From positions 80,759 through 116,767 of the forward strand of contig NC_068992.1 of NCBI RefSeq assembly GCF_001194135.2: a stretch of 36,009 nucleotides of DNA, in the 5' to 3' direction. Below, one piece after another: positions 1 through 12,984 of this stretch (the first letter of the stretch is position 1; every line of letters begins with the position of its first letter). The notes below the pieces were generated by a model. That model was not told where the DNA came from. It ran no database searches and was given only the letters and a program-made list of their open reading frames with translations. The translations under genes were made by a program, and so were the position numbers. This DNA comes from Octopus bimaculoides (taxonomy: Eukaryota).

Positions 1-227
1 TGGCACATAAAAGACACCATTTCGAGCGTGGCCGTTTTCGTGCGGGTGACACGTAAAAGTACCCACTACACTCTCTGAGTGGTTGGCGTTAGGAAGGGCA
101 TCCAGCTGTAGAAACTCTGCCAAATCAGACTGGAGCCTGGTGTTGCCATCCGGTTTCACCAGTCCTCAGTCAAATCGTCCAACCCATGCTAGCATGGAAA
201 GCGGACGTTAAACGATGATGATGATGA
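1..227 (+). mobile_element. Interspersed retroelement family C, 3' end with (GAT)n tail
   Basis: ...ggttggcgttaggaagggcatccagctgtagaa...catgctagcatggaaagcggacgttaaacgatgatgat; recurs at 22606-22768 (-), 25437-25950 (+), and more diverged near 31220-31350, 35290-35380 and 35680-35780. Confidence 0.78.
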
Positions 228-719
228 TATATATATATATATATATATATTTATAATTGTCTGTTTTTTATCAAGTTATATATTAAAAACAATTTTACTT
301 TTAACTGAAAGATTGCTCAATACTTTTAGTCAAACACTGTTTTATTCCCTTTTACTATGATTAGGTTGATATTGATGATGGCAATCAAACCAGAACTTTG
401 CAGTCACTGTCAACCCTCTTCTTGTAAAAGTTAATATATATATATATAATAGAACTCAATAGAACTCAATAGACATATGCCTCTGAATGAGGCTTTCATC
501 AAATACTGAGCATTAATAAGAAAATAGATGACAAAGGAATAAACAATTACATTTTGAACTTTGTTAGCTTACAGCTGTTTCAGCAATAAGATGTCGCGGA
601 CTCAACTATGAGGCCATCACATTTTGTAATGGAAACAGCTGTAAGGTAACGAAGTTCAAAAGGTAATTGCTTATTTCTTTGTCATCTCTTTTTTCATATA
701 TTCTTTTATTCTTTGATTT

Positions 720-935
720 TTTCACTTGTTTCAGTCATTTGACTGCAGCCATGCTGGAGCACTGCTTGTAGTCGAGAAAATCTCCCCCAGGACTTATTCT
801 TCGTAAGCCTAATACTTATTCTATCATTCTATTTTGCCAAACCGGTAAGTTACATGGATGTAAACACACCAGTATCGGTTGTCAAGTGATGTTGTGGGGA
901 CAAGCACGACACACAAACATATACACACATATACA

Positions 936-979
<44 letters not shown>

Positions 980-1362
980 NNNNNNNNNNATCCAAAATTA
1001 CAGGTAAAAAACTCAATTAAAATCAATTTATAAAAAATTAAAATTAAATTAAACTATATGTGATAGTGGATTTTCATCGATGAGTTCTTGAAAATTGGTT
1101 ATTTTCCCTAAAACTATATATATATATATATATGATGGGATTCTTTCAGTTTCCGTTTACCAAATCCACTCACAAGACAGAAGCCCGTCATATATATATA
1201 TATATATATTATACAACAGGCTTCTTTCAGTTTCCACTCAAAAGGCTTTGGTTGGTCAGAGGTTATAGTAGAAGACGCATGTCCAAGGTGCCATGCAGTG
1301 GGTCTGAACCAAAACCATGTGATCGGTAAGCAAGCTACTTGCCACACAGCCACTCCTGTGAT
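720..1362 (-). mobile_element. SINE family A pieces split by (TA)n and a gap
   Basis: Tail at 722-930, head at 1214-1362. Confidence 0.75.
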
Positions 1363-1466
1363 TGAACATTGCTATATCATTACACACCCAGATACACAAT
1401 TCATGCACACACATACACACACACATATACATACATACACACACACACACACATACATACATACAC

Positions 1467-1499
<33 letters not shown>

Positions 1500-1567
1500 C
1501 ATACACACATATATATATTTATATATATGTATGTATGTATAGACACACATACATATTCTTATACATT

Positions 1568-1612
1568 AATTAGCATAATAAATTAGCATAATAAATTAGC
1601 ATAATAAATTAG
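1568..1612. repeat. 13-bp minisatellite (aattagcataata) x3.5
   Basis: Direct reading. Confidence 0.9.
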
Positions 1613-1699
1613 AACTTATGTTTGTGAATGAGATCATTGATTGAAGGATTTAAATTGATAAATATACAAAAAATTCAATGAAATGAAAACATACATAAT

Positions 1700-1976
1700 A
1701 CTCTTTTCTACTCCAGGCACAAAGCCTAAAATTTCTTGGGAGGGGACCAGTTGATTAGATCGACCCCAGTATGCAACTGGTATTTAATTTATCAACCCCA
1801 AAAGGATGAAAGGCAAAGTCAACCTCAGCGGAATTTGAACTCAGAACGTAACGGCAGATGAAATACCACTAAGCATTTTGCCTGGCATGCTAACGTTTCT
1901 GCCAACTTGCTGCCTTACATACATAATATTAAGAATCAAAAAATTATCAGCATAAGAACAAACAACTATATCTCTC

Positions 1977-2013
<37 letters not shown>

Positions 2014-2445
2014 CAATCTTTTGTGCTATAGGCACAACACATGAAATTTCATGGGCAAGTGTAAGTTGATAGCATCAACCCAAGTATTTGACTGGTACTT
2101 GTTTTTTCAGCCCTGAAAGGATAAAAGACAAAGTTGGTTTTTGCAGAATTTGAACTCAGAATGTAAAGTTGGATGAAATGCTGCTAAGCATTTTGTCCTA
2201 CGGGCTAATGTTCTGCCTTAATAATAATGATAATAATAATCCTTTCTACTGGAAGCACAAGGCCTCAAATATTGGGGGAAGGGATTAAGTAGATTACATC
2301 AACTCCAGTACGTAACTGGTACTAGTTTTATTAACCCCGATAGGATGAAAGGCAAAGTTGACCTCGGTGGAATTTGAACTCAAAATCTAAAGGCAGACAA
2401 AATACCGCCTGGCATGCTAATGATTCTGCCAGCTCACCACCTTAA
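1700..2445 (-). mobile_element. Tandem array of three tRNA-derived SINE family B copies
   Basis: Each unit on plus reads ggcacaagg...gacccc...actggtact...gaaaggatgaaaggcaaagt.gacct...gaatttgaactcagaa...ctaagcattt...ctgccagct; separated by (AAT)n. Confidence 0.85.
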
Positions 2446-2449
2446 TAAC

Positions 2450-2491
<42 letters not shown>

Positions 2492-3457
2492 CAGAAGTAG
2501 TGGGGGGAGTATCATTGCCATGTGTTCAGAGGAATTCTTTGGGGTTTGAATGATTCACCTTTGGAAAGATGGGTGTTTTGTTCAACATTCTTAAACAACC
2601 CTTATTCAGGGACCTTTCGACTGGGATAGGCTACTTGACCTGGAGAAAATTCTAACTGGGCACCACCTGTAAGGTCTTGTGCTGTTTATCTTGATAGGAG
2701 TTCACCATGTTGCATACATATGGTTGTGATGCATGTGCCTGGTGCACTCTTATCAGATGAGTAATCATGACTGGTATGTTGGGCTTTGTACTTTTCTATC
2801 CAGGTGTCACTTCAATGGCATGTACTGCTCTCTCACCCAATAATAATAATAATAATAATAATAATATGTCATGCAAAATATAATTTCAAATATTATAAAT
2901 TAAAACACATCAAAAACTTTAGCGTTAAAAGGAATGAATTAAATAAACACATAGTTAATATAGTAAAATATAATTTTATCACACTATGCAAAGTAAGTGA
3001 GACTAGTAGAGTTGTGAGTCTTGTCTAAGAATGCAAGGCTGTGTAACCCTCTTGTCTTTTGTGTTATTAACAATGTGCTGTGTCCTTAAGCAATTAGTTC
3101 ATTCTACTGAGCAGTAAATTGATTTCAGTAGAAGTCATGTGTAATTAGCATTGGTTTCTTTTTCAGCCACAATGGACTCACCCCCACCCACATCACACCC
3201 CAACTGAATCTCAGTTTAAGCAATTCTATCATTTATTGTGCCAAATTGGAGACAAGATTAATGAATTATGTGTTTGTAGGCTATGGAAGCATTCAGAATT
3301 TATAGTGTCTGGCACTTCAACAAAATTTAATCATTTCACTGATTGTCTCACACTCACTCTCTCTCCCTCTATCTCTCCCTCCTACTCTTCGCTAAAGCAA
3401 CAACAGCATCTCAATCTTCTTCTCTGTTGGGCATCTTATATCTCTTTGGATACCAAC

Positions 3458-4158
3458 NNNNNNNNNNNNNNNNNNNNNNNNNNNNNNNNNNNNNNNNNNN
3501 NNNNNNNNNNNNNNNNNNNNNNNNNNNNNNNNNNNNNNNNNNNNNNNNNNNNNNNNNNNNNNNNNNNNNNNNNNNNNNNNNNNNNNNNNNNNNNNNNNNN
3601 NNNNNNNNNNNNNNNNNNNNNNNNNNNNNNNNNNNNNNNNNNNNNNNNNNNNNNNNNNNNNNNNNNNNNNNNNNNNNNNNNNNNNNNNNNNNNNNNNNNN
3701 NNNNNNNNNNNNNNNNNNNNNNNNNNNNNNNNNNNNNNNNNNNNNNNNNNNNNNNNNNNNNNNNNNNNNNNNNNNNNNNNNNNNNNNNNNNNNNNNNNNN
3801 NNNNNNNNNNNNNNNNNNNNNNNNNNNNNNNNNNNNNNNNNNNNNNNNNNNNNNNNNNNNNNNNNNNNNNNNNNNNNNNNNNNNNNNNNNNNNNNNNNNN
3901 NNNNNNNNNNNNNNNNNNNNNNNNNNNNNNNNNNNNNNNNNNNNNNNNNNNNNNNNNNNNNNNNNNNNNNNNNNNNNNNNNNNNNNNNNNNNNNNNNNNN
4001 NNNNNNNNNNNNNNNNNNNNNNNNNNNNNNNNNNNNNNNNNNNNNNNNNNNNNNNNNNNNNNNNNNNNNNNNNNNNNNNNNNNNNNNNNNNNNNNNNNNN
4101 NNNNNNNNNNNNNNNNNNNNNNNNNNNNNNNNNNNNNNNNNNNNNNNNNNNNNNNNNN
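3458..4158. other. Assembly gap (N run); further gaps at 980-989, 15526-15625 and 26745-26782
   Basis: N characters; three of the four gaps (not 15526-15625) abut a (TA)n run. Confidence 1.
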
Positions 4159-4216
<58 letters not shown>

Positions 4217-4979
4217 ATGGAACTTAGATGATGGTGATGATGATTATGTGTGTGTGTCTGTGTGTGCATTTGTATGTATGTGTGTATATATATATGTGTG
4301 TGTGTGTATATGTATATATGTATGTGTGTATATGTATATACATACATATATATGTATGGATGGATGTATGTGATTGTGAGTTATTGTGCTTGTCCACTTC
4401 CACCACTTGACAACCAGTGTTGGTTTGTATACATCCCTGTTACTTAGGTGTATGACAAAAGAGGCCAATAGCATGCGTGTCACACTTAGATAAGTACTGG
4501 GGTCAATTCATTCAATTAAACCTTTCAAGACACTGCTCTAGCATGGCCATAGTCCGAACACTGAAACAAGTAAGAGGTGAAAGATGGAATAATGGAAACT
4601 TTAGTTATTTTCGAAAACCATTCCAAACTGCCAATTATTTTTCAGATTTAATTGTAAAATATTGGTGTTTGTATCTGAATTGAAACAAGATTGCCAAAGA
4701 ATAAGTCCTGGGGTCGACTTGCTCGACTAAAGGCGGTGTTCCAGCATGGCCACAGTCAAAAGACTGAAACAAGTAAAAGAGATTGCCAAAGAATTAAATA
4801 TTAAACTTTTGTTAATGTCCTACATTATGGGGCTGTTATGCTCCTTAATAAAGGTATTTGTGCCTATGGTTAAAACAAAGTTCACTGATTCTTTTATTGG
4901 TTCCTTCCATGCTCAATTAGAACTGACCAAACTACTCAACAATGGCGTTCAGACATAGGAAGACAGCTCACTGAATTTT

Positions 4980-6175
4980 TAGGTATTGGTTTCAAAATTT
5001 TGGTACGAGGCCAAGGCCAGCAATTTCAGAGGTGCGGGTTAAGTTAATTACATCGACCCCATTGCACAACTGGTACTTGTTCTATTGACCTTGAAAGGAT
5101 GAAAGACAAAGTTGGTCCCAGTGACTCATGAACTCAGAATGTAAAGATGAGCAAAATACTGCCAGGAATTCTGCCCAATGTGCTAATGGTTCTGTCAGTT
5201 TGCTGCCTTACTGAATCTTCAAATACTGATTTTCAAATTTTGGCACAAGGCCAACAATTTCAAGGGAGGGTGGGGTAAGTCAATTACATTACTGTCAGGG
5301 CTCAACTGGTACTTATTCTATTGACCCCAGAAGGATGAAAGGCAAAGTCAACCTCAGTAGAATTTGAACTCAGGGCATAACAACAGATGAAATGCTACTA
5401 TGCATGTTAATGATTCTTTTCTACCCTAGGTACAAGGCCCGAAATTTTGGGGGAGGGGCCAGTCGATTAGATTGACCCCATTATGCAACTAGTACTTAAT
5501 TAATCGATCCCAAAAGGATGAAGAGCAAAGTTGACCTGGGCAGAATTTGAACTCAGAACGTAAAGACAGACGAAATACCCCTAAGCATTTCGTCAGGTGT
5601 GCTAACGTTTCTGCTAGCTCTCCATCTTAAAAAATGTTCTTTTCTACTCTAGGCACAAGGCCCAAATTTTTGGGAAGGGGGCCAGTCGATTAGATCAACC
5701 CCAGTACGCAACTGGTACTTAGTTTATTAACTCCAAAAGAAGAAAGGCAAAGTCGACCTCGACGGAATTTGAAGTCAGAATGTAAAGTCCGATGAAATTC
5801 CACTAAACATTTCGTTCGGCATTCTAATGTTTCTGCCAGCTCACTGCCTTAGCATGCTAATTAATACACCAGCTCCACTATTTTGTGTAAGGACAGATGA
5901 AATGCTGCTAAGCATTTTTCCCAGGGTGCTAACGATTCTGCCAGTTCATCACTGAATCTTTGAATATTTGTTACAAGTTTTGACAGAAATTTTAGGGGAG
6001 GTGTATGTCAGTTACATCGTCCCCAGTATTCAACTGGTACATATTTTATTGACCCTGAAGAGATGAAAAGCAGAGTTGATGTTGGCAGAATTTGAATTCA
6101 GAACATGAAGTCAAATGAAACGCCGCTAAGCATTTTGCTTGACATGGTAGCAATTTTGCCAGCTCCCCGCCTAAC
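4980..6175 (-). mobile_element. Tandem array of five to six SINE family B copies
   Basis: Units start near 4985, 5230, 5420, 5640, 5890 (partial) and 5985, all in the same orientation. Confidence 0.85.
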
Positions 6176-6718
6176 ATCTGATTACAAACAATCAATTAAT
6201 TGGATCTATTCAAGTGATAAATACATATTTAATCCCGTTTTAAAATTTAGTTAATCCAACTTATAATCTACCCGACTGAGTAAAAAATGAAAAAATGAAA
6301 GTTGTTATGCATTTGAAGAATCAGATACTTCTGACTATGAACTGCATCTAGTTAGCTTGCCCCATATTTGCACTGCTAGGTCATTGTCAGTTACATTACA
6401 TTTGTTTGTCATTATATTACCAATTAATTACTTGAAAACTATATTTTTTAGTTTAGATGTTTATGTTACCTGAAATAAGGAAGTGGTTAAAATCTTGGGT
6501 TACCAATGACAGACTATCTGGTTTAAGTTGAAAATCTTGCCTGGCCATTGTATCATGTATCTGAACAACACTCTTGAACACAAGTGCCCCCTCTCCACAC
6601 ATACATTTATGCGTATGTTTGCATAAAGGAAGAAAGAGAGAAACAAAGAGTAAGATACAGAGAGAAAGAAATGGTAAAACTGTTGGATAAATAACAAGCG
6701 ATATCCATATCCTACATC

Positions 6719-6798
6719 TCAATGATGGGGATTAATACGAGTCATATGTAATTCTGCAATAGTCGCAGCATATCTAGAACTGATGTCAACACATACAG
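6719..6798 (-). CDS. Candidate terminal exon of an unidentified gene (phase 1 to TGA)
   Basis: (S)VCVDISSRYAATIAELHMTRINPHH*. Acceptor tattatggttgttCAG; 133-nt intron; phase matches the previous exon. Confidence 0.45.
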
Positions 6799-6931
6799 CT
6801 GAACAACCATAATAATAAGGTTGGTTAACAAGTTACAAATGATTAGGATTATCCTTTTAATCTTTTTAGTAGATAAGCTTCAATAATGATATACATCAGA
6901 GAGCATGTGCAGACCATATCAAAAAACTTAC

Positions 6932-7025
6932 AACCATGTTTCACAGTAAAATACTTTTCAGTTTCTGGATATGCTTCACTGATCAGCCATTCATGAATAA
7001 ATAACTGCTGAAGTTGTTTGACTAC
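6932..7025 (-). CDS. Candidate exon of an unidentified gene (94 nt, phase 0 to 1)
   Basis: VVKQLQQLFIHEWLISEAYPETEKYFTVKHG+T. Acceptor ctgatctgtatcattttactgctTAG with a branch-like CTGAT; perfect donor GTAAGT. Confidence 0.5.
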
Positions 7026-7107
7026 CTAAGCAGTAAAATGATACAGATCAGAGCTTTATTGCTTGAGATATACTCGGAGAATGACCCATGTATCAGTACT
7101 GACATAC

Positions 7108-7149
7108 CACAGTTTTATTTTCTTTCTGGTGAAATGTGAAGACCTTTGA
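7108..7149 (-). CDS. Candidate exon of an unidentified gene (42 nt, phase 0 to 0)
   Basis: SKVFTFHQKENKTV. Acceptor ttctttttTAG, donor GTATGT; 82-nt intron to the next candidate exon. Confidence 0.45.
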
Positions 7150-9066
7150 CTAAAAAAGAAAAAAGGAGCCTTCTTATTATAAAAGGCTTACATCAAAGCA
7201 CTTATCAAAATCTCAAGTACTTGTAAAACATGTAACTGATATTCTCAAAACAAGTTTATTAACAAAATGAAATTTTTGACACACTCGGCTAAAAGAAGTC
7301 TCTGTTACTGGTGTAATTGTGCACAAAATAATAACATAAGTGTATATATATTTAGCAAGGATGAAAAATGTATATACTACACTTGCAATATAATTGTTAA
7401 GATAATAAAAAATTAAATGTAAATAATATATTTATACATGTATTTGCAATGTATCATAATCAGACTCCCAAGAGACTAGTGTTGGTGATAAATTGACAAA
7501 AAGAGTTCACTGAACTTGGTGTGAAGATTGGAAGATCCAATGTTTTGGACAGTGTCCTTCTTTAAGGAAAAGTTGACAGTAGAGAAATTAAGGAGAGAGA
7601 GAGAGAGAGCAGAGTGTAATATCCTTTGTAATTCATATGTATTAAAAATGTCTATGTTAACAGATGTATGAAGCCATCACTGTTCACTTTAGAATGTTAC
7701 TGTTTGTTTAGTCTAAGGTGAACCATGAATCAGCAGACCTTTGATCAAAGGCATTCCACAGCCATGGCCATCCCAACTTTTGGTATATCTAGAGCTATAT
7801 TGTTCAATGTGTTCATTCATTTTTGAGATGGTAGGATATGATTTGATAAGATGTTGGCTGCTGTAAAGTTTAACTGGCAACCAATAGAAACATCATTTAC
7901 ACTTGTTGGCCACATATTTTCATGGAATTGAGTGTTACTAGAAAGAAGATGAGAAATTACACAAAGAGGGCCGCAAATAGGTTTACATGAAGACGATGAC
8001 AACTTACTCAAAGATGACCAAAAACTTTAAAATAGTTAAAAGATCAAACGTTTTGAAAGAGAAGTTTAATGGTTTCAGTTGAATGAACCTCAGTTTGAAC
8101 CATGGACTCCACAGAAGCAGGTGGTAGAGAATGATAAGTTAATGAGTGTTTCATTGACATACAATGGTTGAGCTTAAAACCTTTAGAAGTCAAAATCTAC
8201 AAAAGGAAGGTGGTGTAGCAACAACAAAACCAACAACAACAGCAATACAATATCTGGCAGAGTAAGAGATTGGTAACAGAGGCCAATACACTACTACATG
8301 CAACAGAAAAGTTAGACTGCTATAACTATTTGGCTATTGAATCAGCTAGTATATGAGGCAAATGTCACATGAACTTCAACAGTTGGGTAGTGACATGAAG
8401 GCAAACACAGATAAGTATCAAGTTAGGATGGCAATCTATATCCATTACGACATTAAAGTTAAGATACCAACAACTATAAATCTTTATGTTTACTGCTCTA
8501 TTTAAGATGACTGCAGTTGTCTAGTAGCAGTTTAGTTGTACTTTTAATTTGATTTAGCAAACTTAAATCATAACCCAAAGCTTTACTCTTTAGCATAGCT
8601 AAATTATTAAAAAATAAGGAAAGAATGGTTCTCTATAATTCAGTGAGTTGTTGCTAATCTGTAGCTGGAAATTCCATGAAAGGAATTGAATTCGGTGCTT
8701 TTAACCAATGAATTATACAGCTATTTTATTGTGCATTTCTATTTGCAGTGGAATATTTGCTCACCTTATTGTAACTACTTAAATGTATGTGGATGTGGAA
8801 ATAGGGAGAATTAACATCTTAGCCAAGATGTTCACTATAATGTTCATAACAATATATGAACTGCAGATCTGTTGGCTGGTTGTCAGGCTTTCTATAGAGA
8901 GTGATAGTAAAGAACTCAATTCTGTGACATTTAAACAGACATCATTTATTTTATAATAAAATATTCCAGTTTATATTTTCATAATATTCAACACAATATG
9001 TTTCAGCAAGTGTAGTACAAAACTAGTCATCATTAAGCCAAGCACACTATCTTTATTTTATATATA

Positions 9067-9209
9067 CAGTAATACCCCACTTTACGAGGGCCCACTTTGC
9101 GAAACCCTGGGGTTTACGTGCTTTTACGAGTTTTATTTTCTGTTTTACGAGTTTTCGGTTTATGAGTGGTCTCCACGAACAAATTAACTTGTACATCAAG
9201 GCACTACTG
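9067..9209. mobile_element. Small Tc1/mariner-pogo-type MITE (143 bp)
   Basis: TA-CAGTAATACC...GGCACTACTG-TA: imperfect CAGTA-starting TIRs flanked by TA on both sides. Confidence 0.65.
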
Positions 9210-9322
9210 TATACTAGTAGTTTCAAACCCAATGGATAAAGATTGAGTAGTAACCTTCAGAGCAGACATTTTATATTTAGTTTAAATATGAAATAAAATT
9301 ACTTGTTTAAAATTATTACAAT

Positions 9323-9715
9323 AGGCGTAGGAGTGGCTGTGTGGTAAGTAGCTTGCTTTCAAACCACATGGTTCTGGGTTCAGTCCCACTGCATGGCACC
9401 TTGGGCAAGTGTCTTCTACTATAACTTTGGGCTGACCAAAGCCTTGTGAGTGGATTTGGTAGACGGAAACTGAAAGAAGCCTGTCATATATATGTATGTG
9501 TGTGTATATGTTTGTGTGTCTGTGTTTGTCCCCCAACATCATTTGACAACCATTGGTGGTGTGTTTACGCCCCCGTAACTTAGTGGTTCGGCAAAAGAGA
9601 CCGATACAATAAGTACTAGGCTTACAAAGAATAAGTCCTGGGGTCGATTTGTTCGACTAAAGGCAGTGCTCCAGCATGTCCACAGTCAAATGACTGAAGC
9701 GAGTAAAAGAGGACA
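9323..9715 (+). mobile_element. SINE family A, full-length copy
   Basis: Same head, core and tail as 28200-28620. Confidence 0.85.
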
Positions 9716-10239
9716 AGAGAGAGTAGTGATTAAATCACACAAACCTTATGAAACTTTTGAAAAAGAAGTTACAGCAAAACTCTTTATATTTTTTATATTT
9801 TGCAAGAGTTTTTTTTTGAGCAATATATCACACCACAAACAGTCTTGATTACAAATACTGAAGGTGTCAAATTATAGGAGACCATGAAATAGAGCTTTTC
9901 TCAAAGGCATTGAGGATATAAATAAACTTAAATATTTTCAACTTGGTACCGAAATCAAGTCTCACTTTTTTTTTATGGTTTATTGGAAATTTGCTATTTC
10001 ACTTCAGGTTTAGCAGAAGAAAAATTTTAATGTTTTTGATAGTCAACTTTAATGTGACCATCCAAGATGAAAGGGTTTCTATAGCTGCACTATCAGATTA
10101 ATCATTAAGCATATTGATTAAATAGTGATATTTTAAATTGAAGAATTTGAAATTTACCTCCATCTGCAAAAATGGTAAAACTGAATAATTGCATAAGAGG
10201 AAAAAAGCTTTAAAATTTGAAATTGCAGTTTGTAGAAAT

Positions 10240-10332
10240 ATATATATATATATATATATATATACGTATATACATTCACACATACACATATATGTACACA
10301 CCCTACATATACACAGATAGACATATATATAT

Positions 10333-10385
<53 letters not shown>

Positions 10386-10467
10386 TATATATACACACAC
10401 ACATATATATACCCACATATATATATACACACATGTATATATAGATATATATACATATATGCATGTA

Positions 10468-10500
<33 letters not shown>
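10240..10500. repeat. Compound (TA)/(CA)/(TG) microsatellite
   Basis: Direct reading. Confidence 0.95.
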
Positions 10501-10502
<2 letters not shown>

Positions 10503-10839
10503 GCACAACACTACCTCTTTTTCCATAGGGTGGAGTAGTTATTGTCAACGAAATTGACCTCAGGACTTGGCTGGTGTTTATTTTTACCGACTCTAATGGG
10601 GATAAAACACAAGGCCATCCTTAATGGAACTTGATATAACCACCCAAGCTTGTTAACTTGTATGACATATTTCTTTTTAGCTTTCTACTGTTTCTTCCAA
10701 ATAACAACAATAGCAAGAATGAAGTCTTTCACTCATACACAGGCAAAATATTTGTGGGGTATAAGTTGACTGAATTGACCCCAAACAAAAAAAGAAGCTT
10801 TTATGGTGTCTATCACAGTAATCCTTTCTACTAAAGGCA

Positions 10840-11750
10840 CAAAACCTGAAATTTGCGGGGAGGGGACTAGTTGATTAGACTGACCCCAGTGCTTCACTGG
10901 TACCTAATTTATCGACCCTGAACAGATGAAAGGCAAAGTCAAACTCTGTAGAATTTGAACTCAGATCGTGCAGACGGGTGAAATGCTATTAAGCATTTCG
11001 CCTGATGTGCTAACGATTCTGCCAGCTTGCTACCTTAGTAATGATAATGGTTTTCAAGTCAGAATATGAAACGATGCATCATAATTCATTTTTATACCTG
11101 CAGGTCATGCACTAATTGTTCTGATGATAATGGAAGGCTTGAAAATTTTCAATATTAAATTGAATGTTATTTTCTTTAATCCATTTATATATTGAATTAA
11201 TATCTTTCTAAGATATTTTTTTTACATCCTTGGGGTTCTTGGTGTCTTTTGATAAATTCATCAACCCCATTACATGACTGGTACTCATTTTATCAACCCT
11301 GAAAGGATGAAAGTCAAAGTTGACAGCAACAGAATTTGAATTATGAATGTAAAGACAAATGAAATGTCACAAAGTATTTTATCTGACATTGCTAAGGGTT
11401 TTGCCATCTCAATGTCTGAGTAATAATAATGGTAAGGGTCTCATACTTTTGGCACAAGGCCAGCAATTTTGGGGGCAGAGGATAGTTGATTACATCAATC
11501 ATCCTATCGCACAACTGATACTTATTTTGTCTACCCCAGAAAGATGAAAGACAAAATCAATCTCAGTGCAATTTGAACCCAGGACATAAAGATGGATGAA
11601 ATGCTGCTAGGAAAATTGTCCAGCACAGCATGCCACCTTACTACCATTTAAATAATATTGGTTTCAAATTTTAGCACAAGGCCAGCAGTTGGGGGGGGGG
11701 CAGTTAGTCAATTACATAGACTCCATTGCACAACTGGTACTTACTTTATC
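10840..11750 (-). mobile_element. SINE family B cluster (about four copies, interrupted by the duplicated segment)
   Basis: Family B motifs at 10840-11037, 11260-11410, 11430-11640 and 11660-11750. Confidence 0.8.
11059..11260 (+). repeat. Local direct duplication, copy 1 (~200 bp)
   Basis: Near-identical to 12775-12977 (tcagaata..aaacgatgca.cataattcatttttatacctgcaggtcatgcact...cttttgataaattcat). Confidence 0.9.
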
Positions 11751-12774
11751 AGAGGGCCAACCTTGTTACATTCTGTATCACATTGAATCTACTTGAGAAC
11801 TACACTAAGGGTACATGTGTCTGTGGAGTGCTCGGCCATCTGCACATTAATTTCACAAGCAGGCTGTGAAATACAAGCCAAGTCCTTAAGTCAATTTCAT
11901 TGACTATAGCTACTGCCTCCTATAAAAACGCTTGTCATTATGACTCATGGAGTGTCAGTTATACTGTCTCAATTTATATAACATGGGCTGTATTTGATGC
12001 AGGTTGATTGTTTTTGTTTATTACGATTAATAAAACTTCTATAGTTGATCATGTTTTGTCTTGTTCTTTTGTGGAATTCAGTATAAAATTGCTGTAATCA
12101 TTAATTACTTAATTAGTATAATTAGTGTTTTTCTATCTTGTGTGCTTTGTATTTAGATAATGCTTCAATTCTATATAGAAGTCCACAAAGAACTAAAAGA
12201 TTAACTACAGAAGCTTTTTTTATCATAAAATGCAAACCCCAAATCAACCTGCACACATGAATTATATCATTAAAAGTTACTGTGAGTTGAGCATTAAGCA
12301 GTTTTGAACTTATCAATTGCAACATCACTTCCATAATCTCTTTCTGCTATCAGCAATGGAATAATCTTGGTTACAGAAGGTAGCAACAATTTGTCATTAT
12401 ATCATCAGTTCTTCAGTAGTTTGGCTCTGGGAAGAACTTGAACTGTTAATGGACTTCACAATATTTATGTTCTAAATTACATGTAAAAGACTAATGAGGA
12501 AATATGGAATAATTATTAATGAATAAAAAATTAAACACAGTTGTAACATTTCAGAGCGGGAGAGAATGTATGTGTGTATGTACATGTATAGGCATGTTTT
12601 GCTTTGAGTTCTGCATTCAGTGTTGTATGGTAAAAGCAACCACAACTGGGGACAATACTATAGAGATTAAGAATAAAAGTCTGCCACAGAACCAATATGG
12701 TTTCCTGTTCTTTTGTTCTAAATGATCTTAGAATTCAACCTGCTAAGAATTCAACAATGATACCATCCTAGTAA

Positions 12775-12977
12775 TCAGAATACAAAACGATGCACCATAA
12801 TTCATTTTTATACCTGCAGGTCATGCACTGATTGTGCCGATGATAATGGAATGCTTGAAAATTTTCAATATTAAATTGAATGTTATTTTCTTTAATCCAC
12901 TTATATATTCAATTAATATCTTTCTAAGATATTTTTTTTACATCCTTGGGGCTCTTGGTATCTTTTGATAAATTCAT
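12775..12977 (+). repeat. Local direct duplication, copy 2
   Basis: Matches 11059-11260 with scattered substitutions; abuts the LINE remnant. Confidence 0.9.
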
Positions 12978-12984
12978 ATTGTCA

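Noticed and set aside
3167-3457. Plus-strand acceptor (tttttcag) followed by ~97 open codons (PQWTHPHPHH...)
   Set aside because: No recognisable homology or donor; it runs into CT-rich sequence and a gap.
10150-10185. Possible minus-strand micro-exon (CAG|ATGGAG|GTAAAT or a 23-nt version)
   Set aside because: Splice-like sites only; it cannot be linked to any gene.
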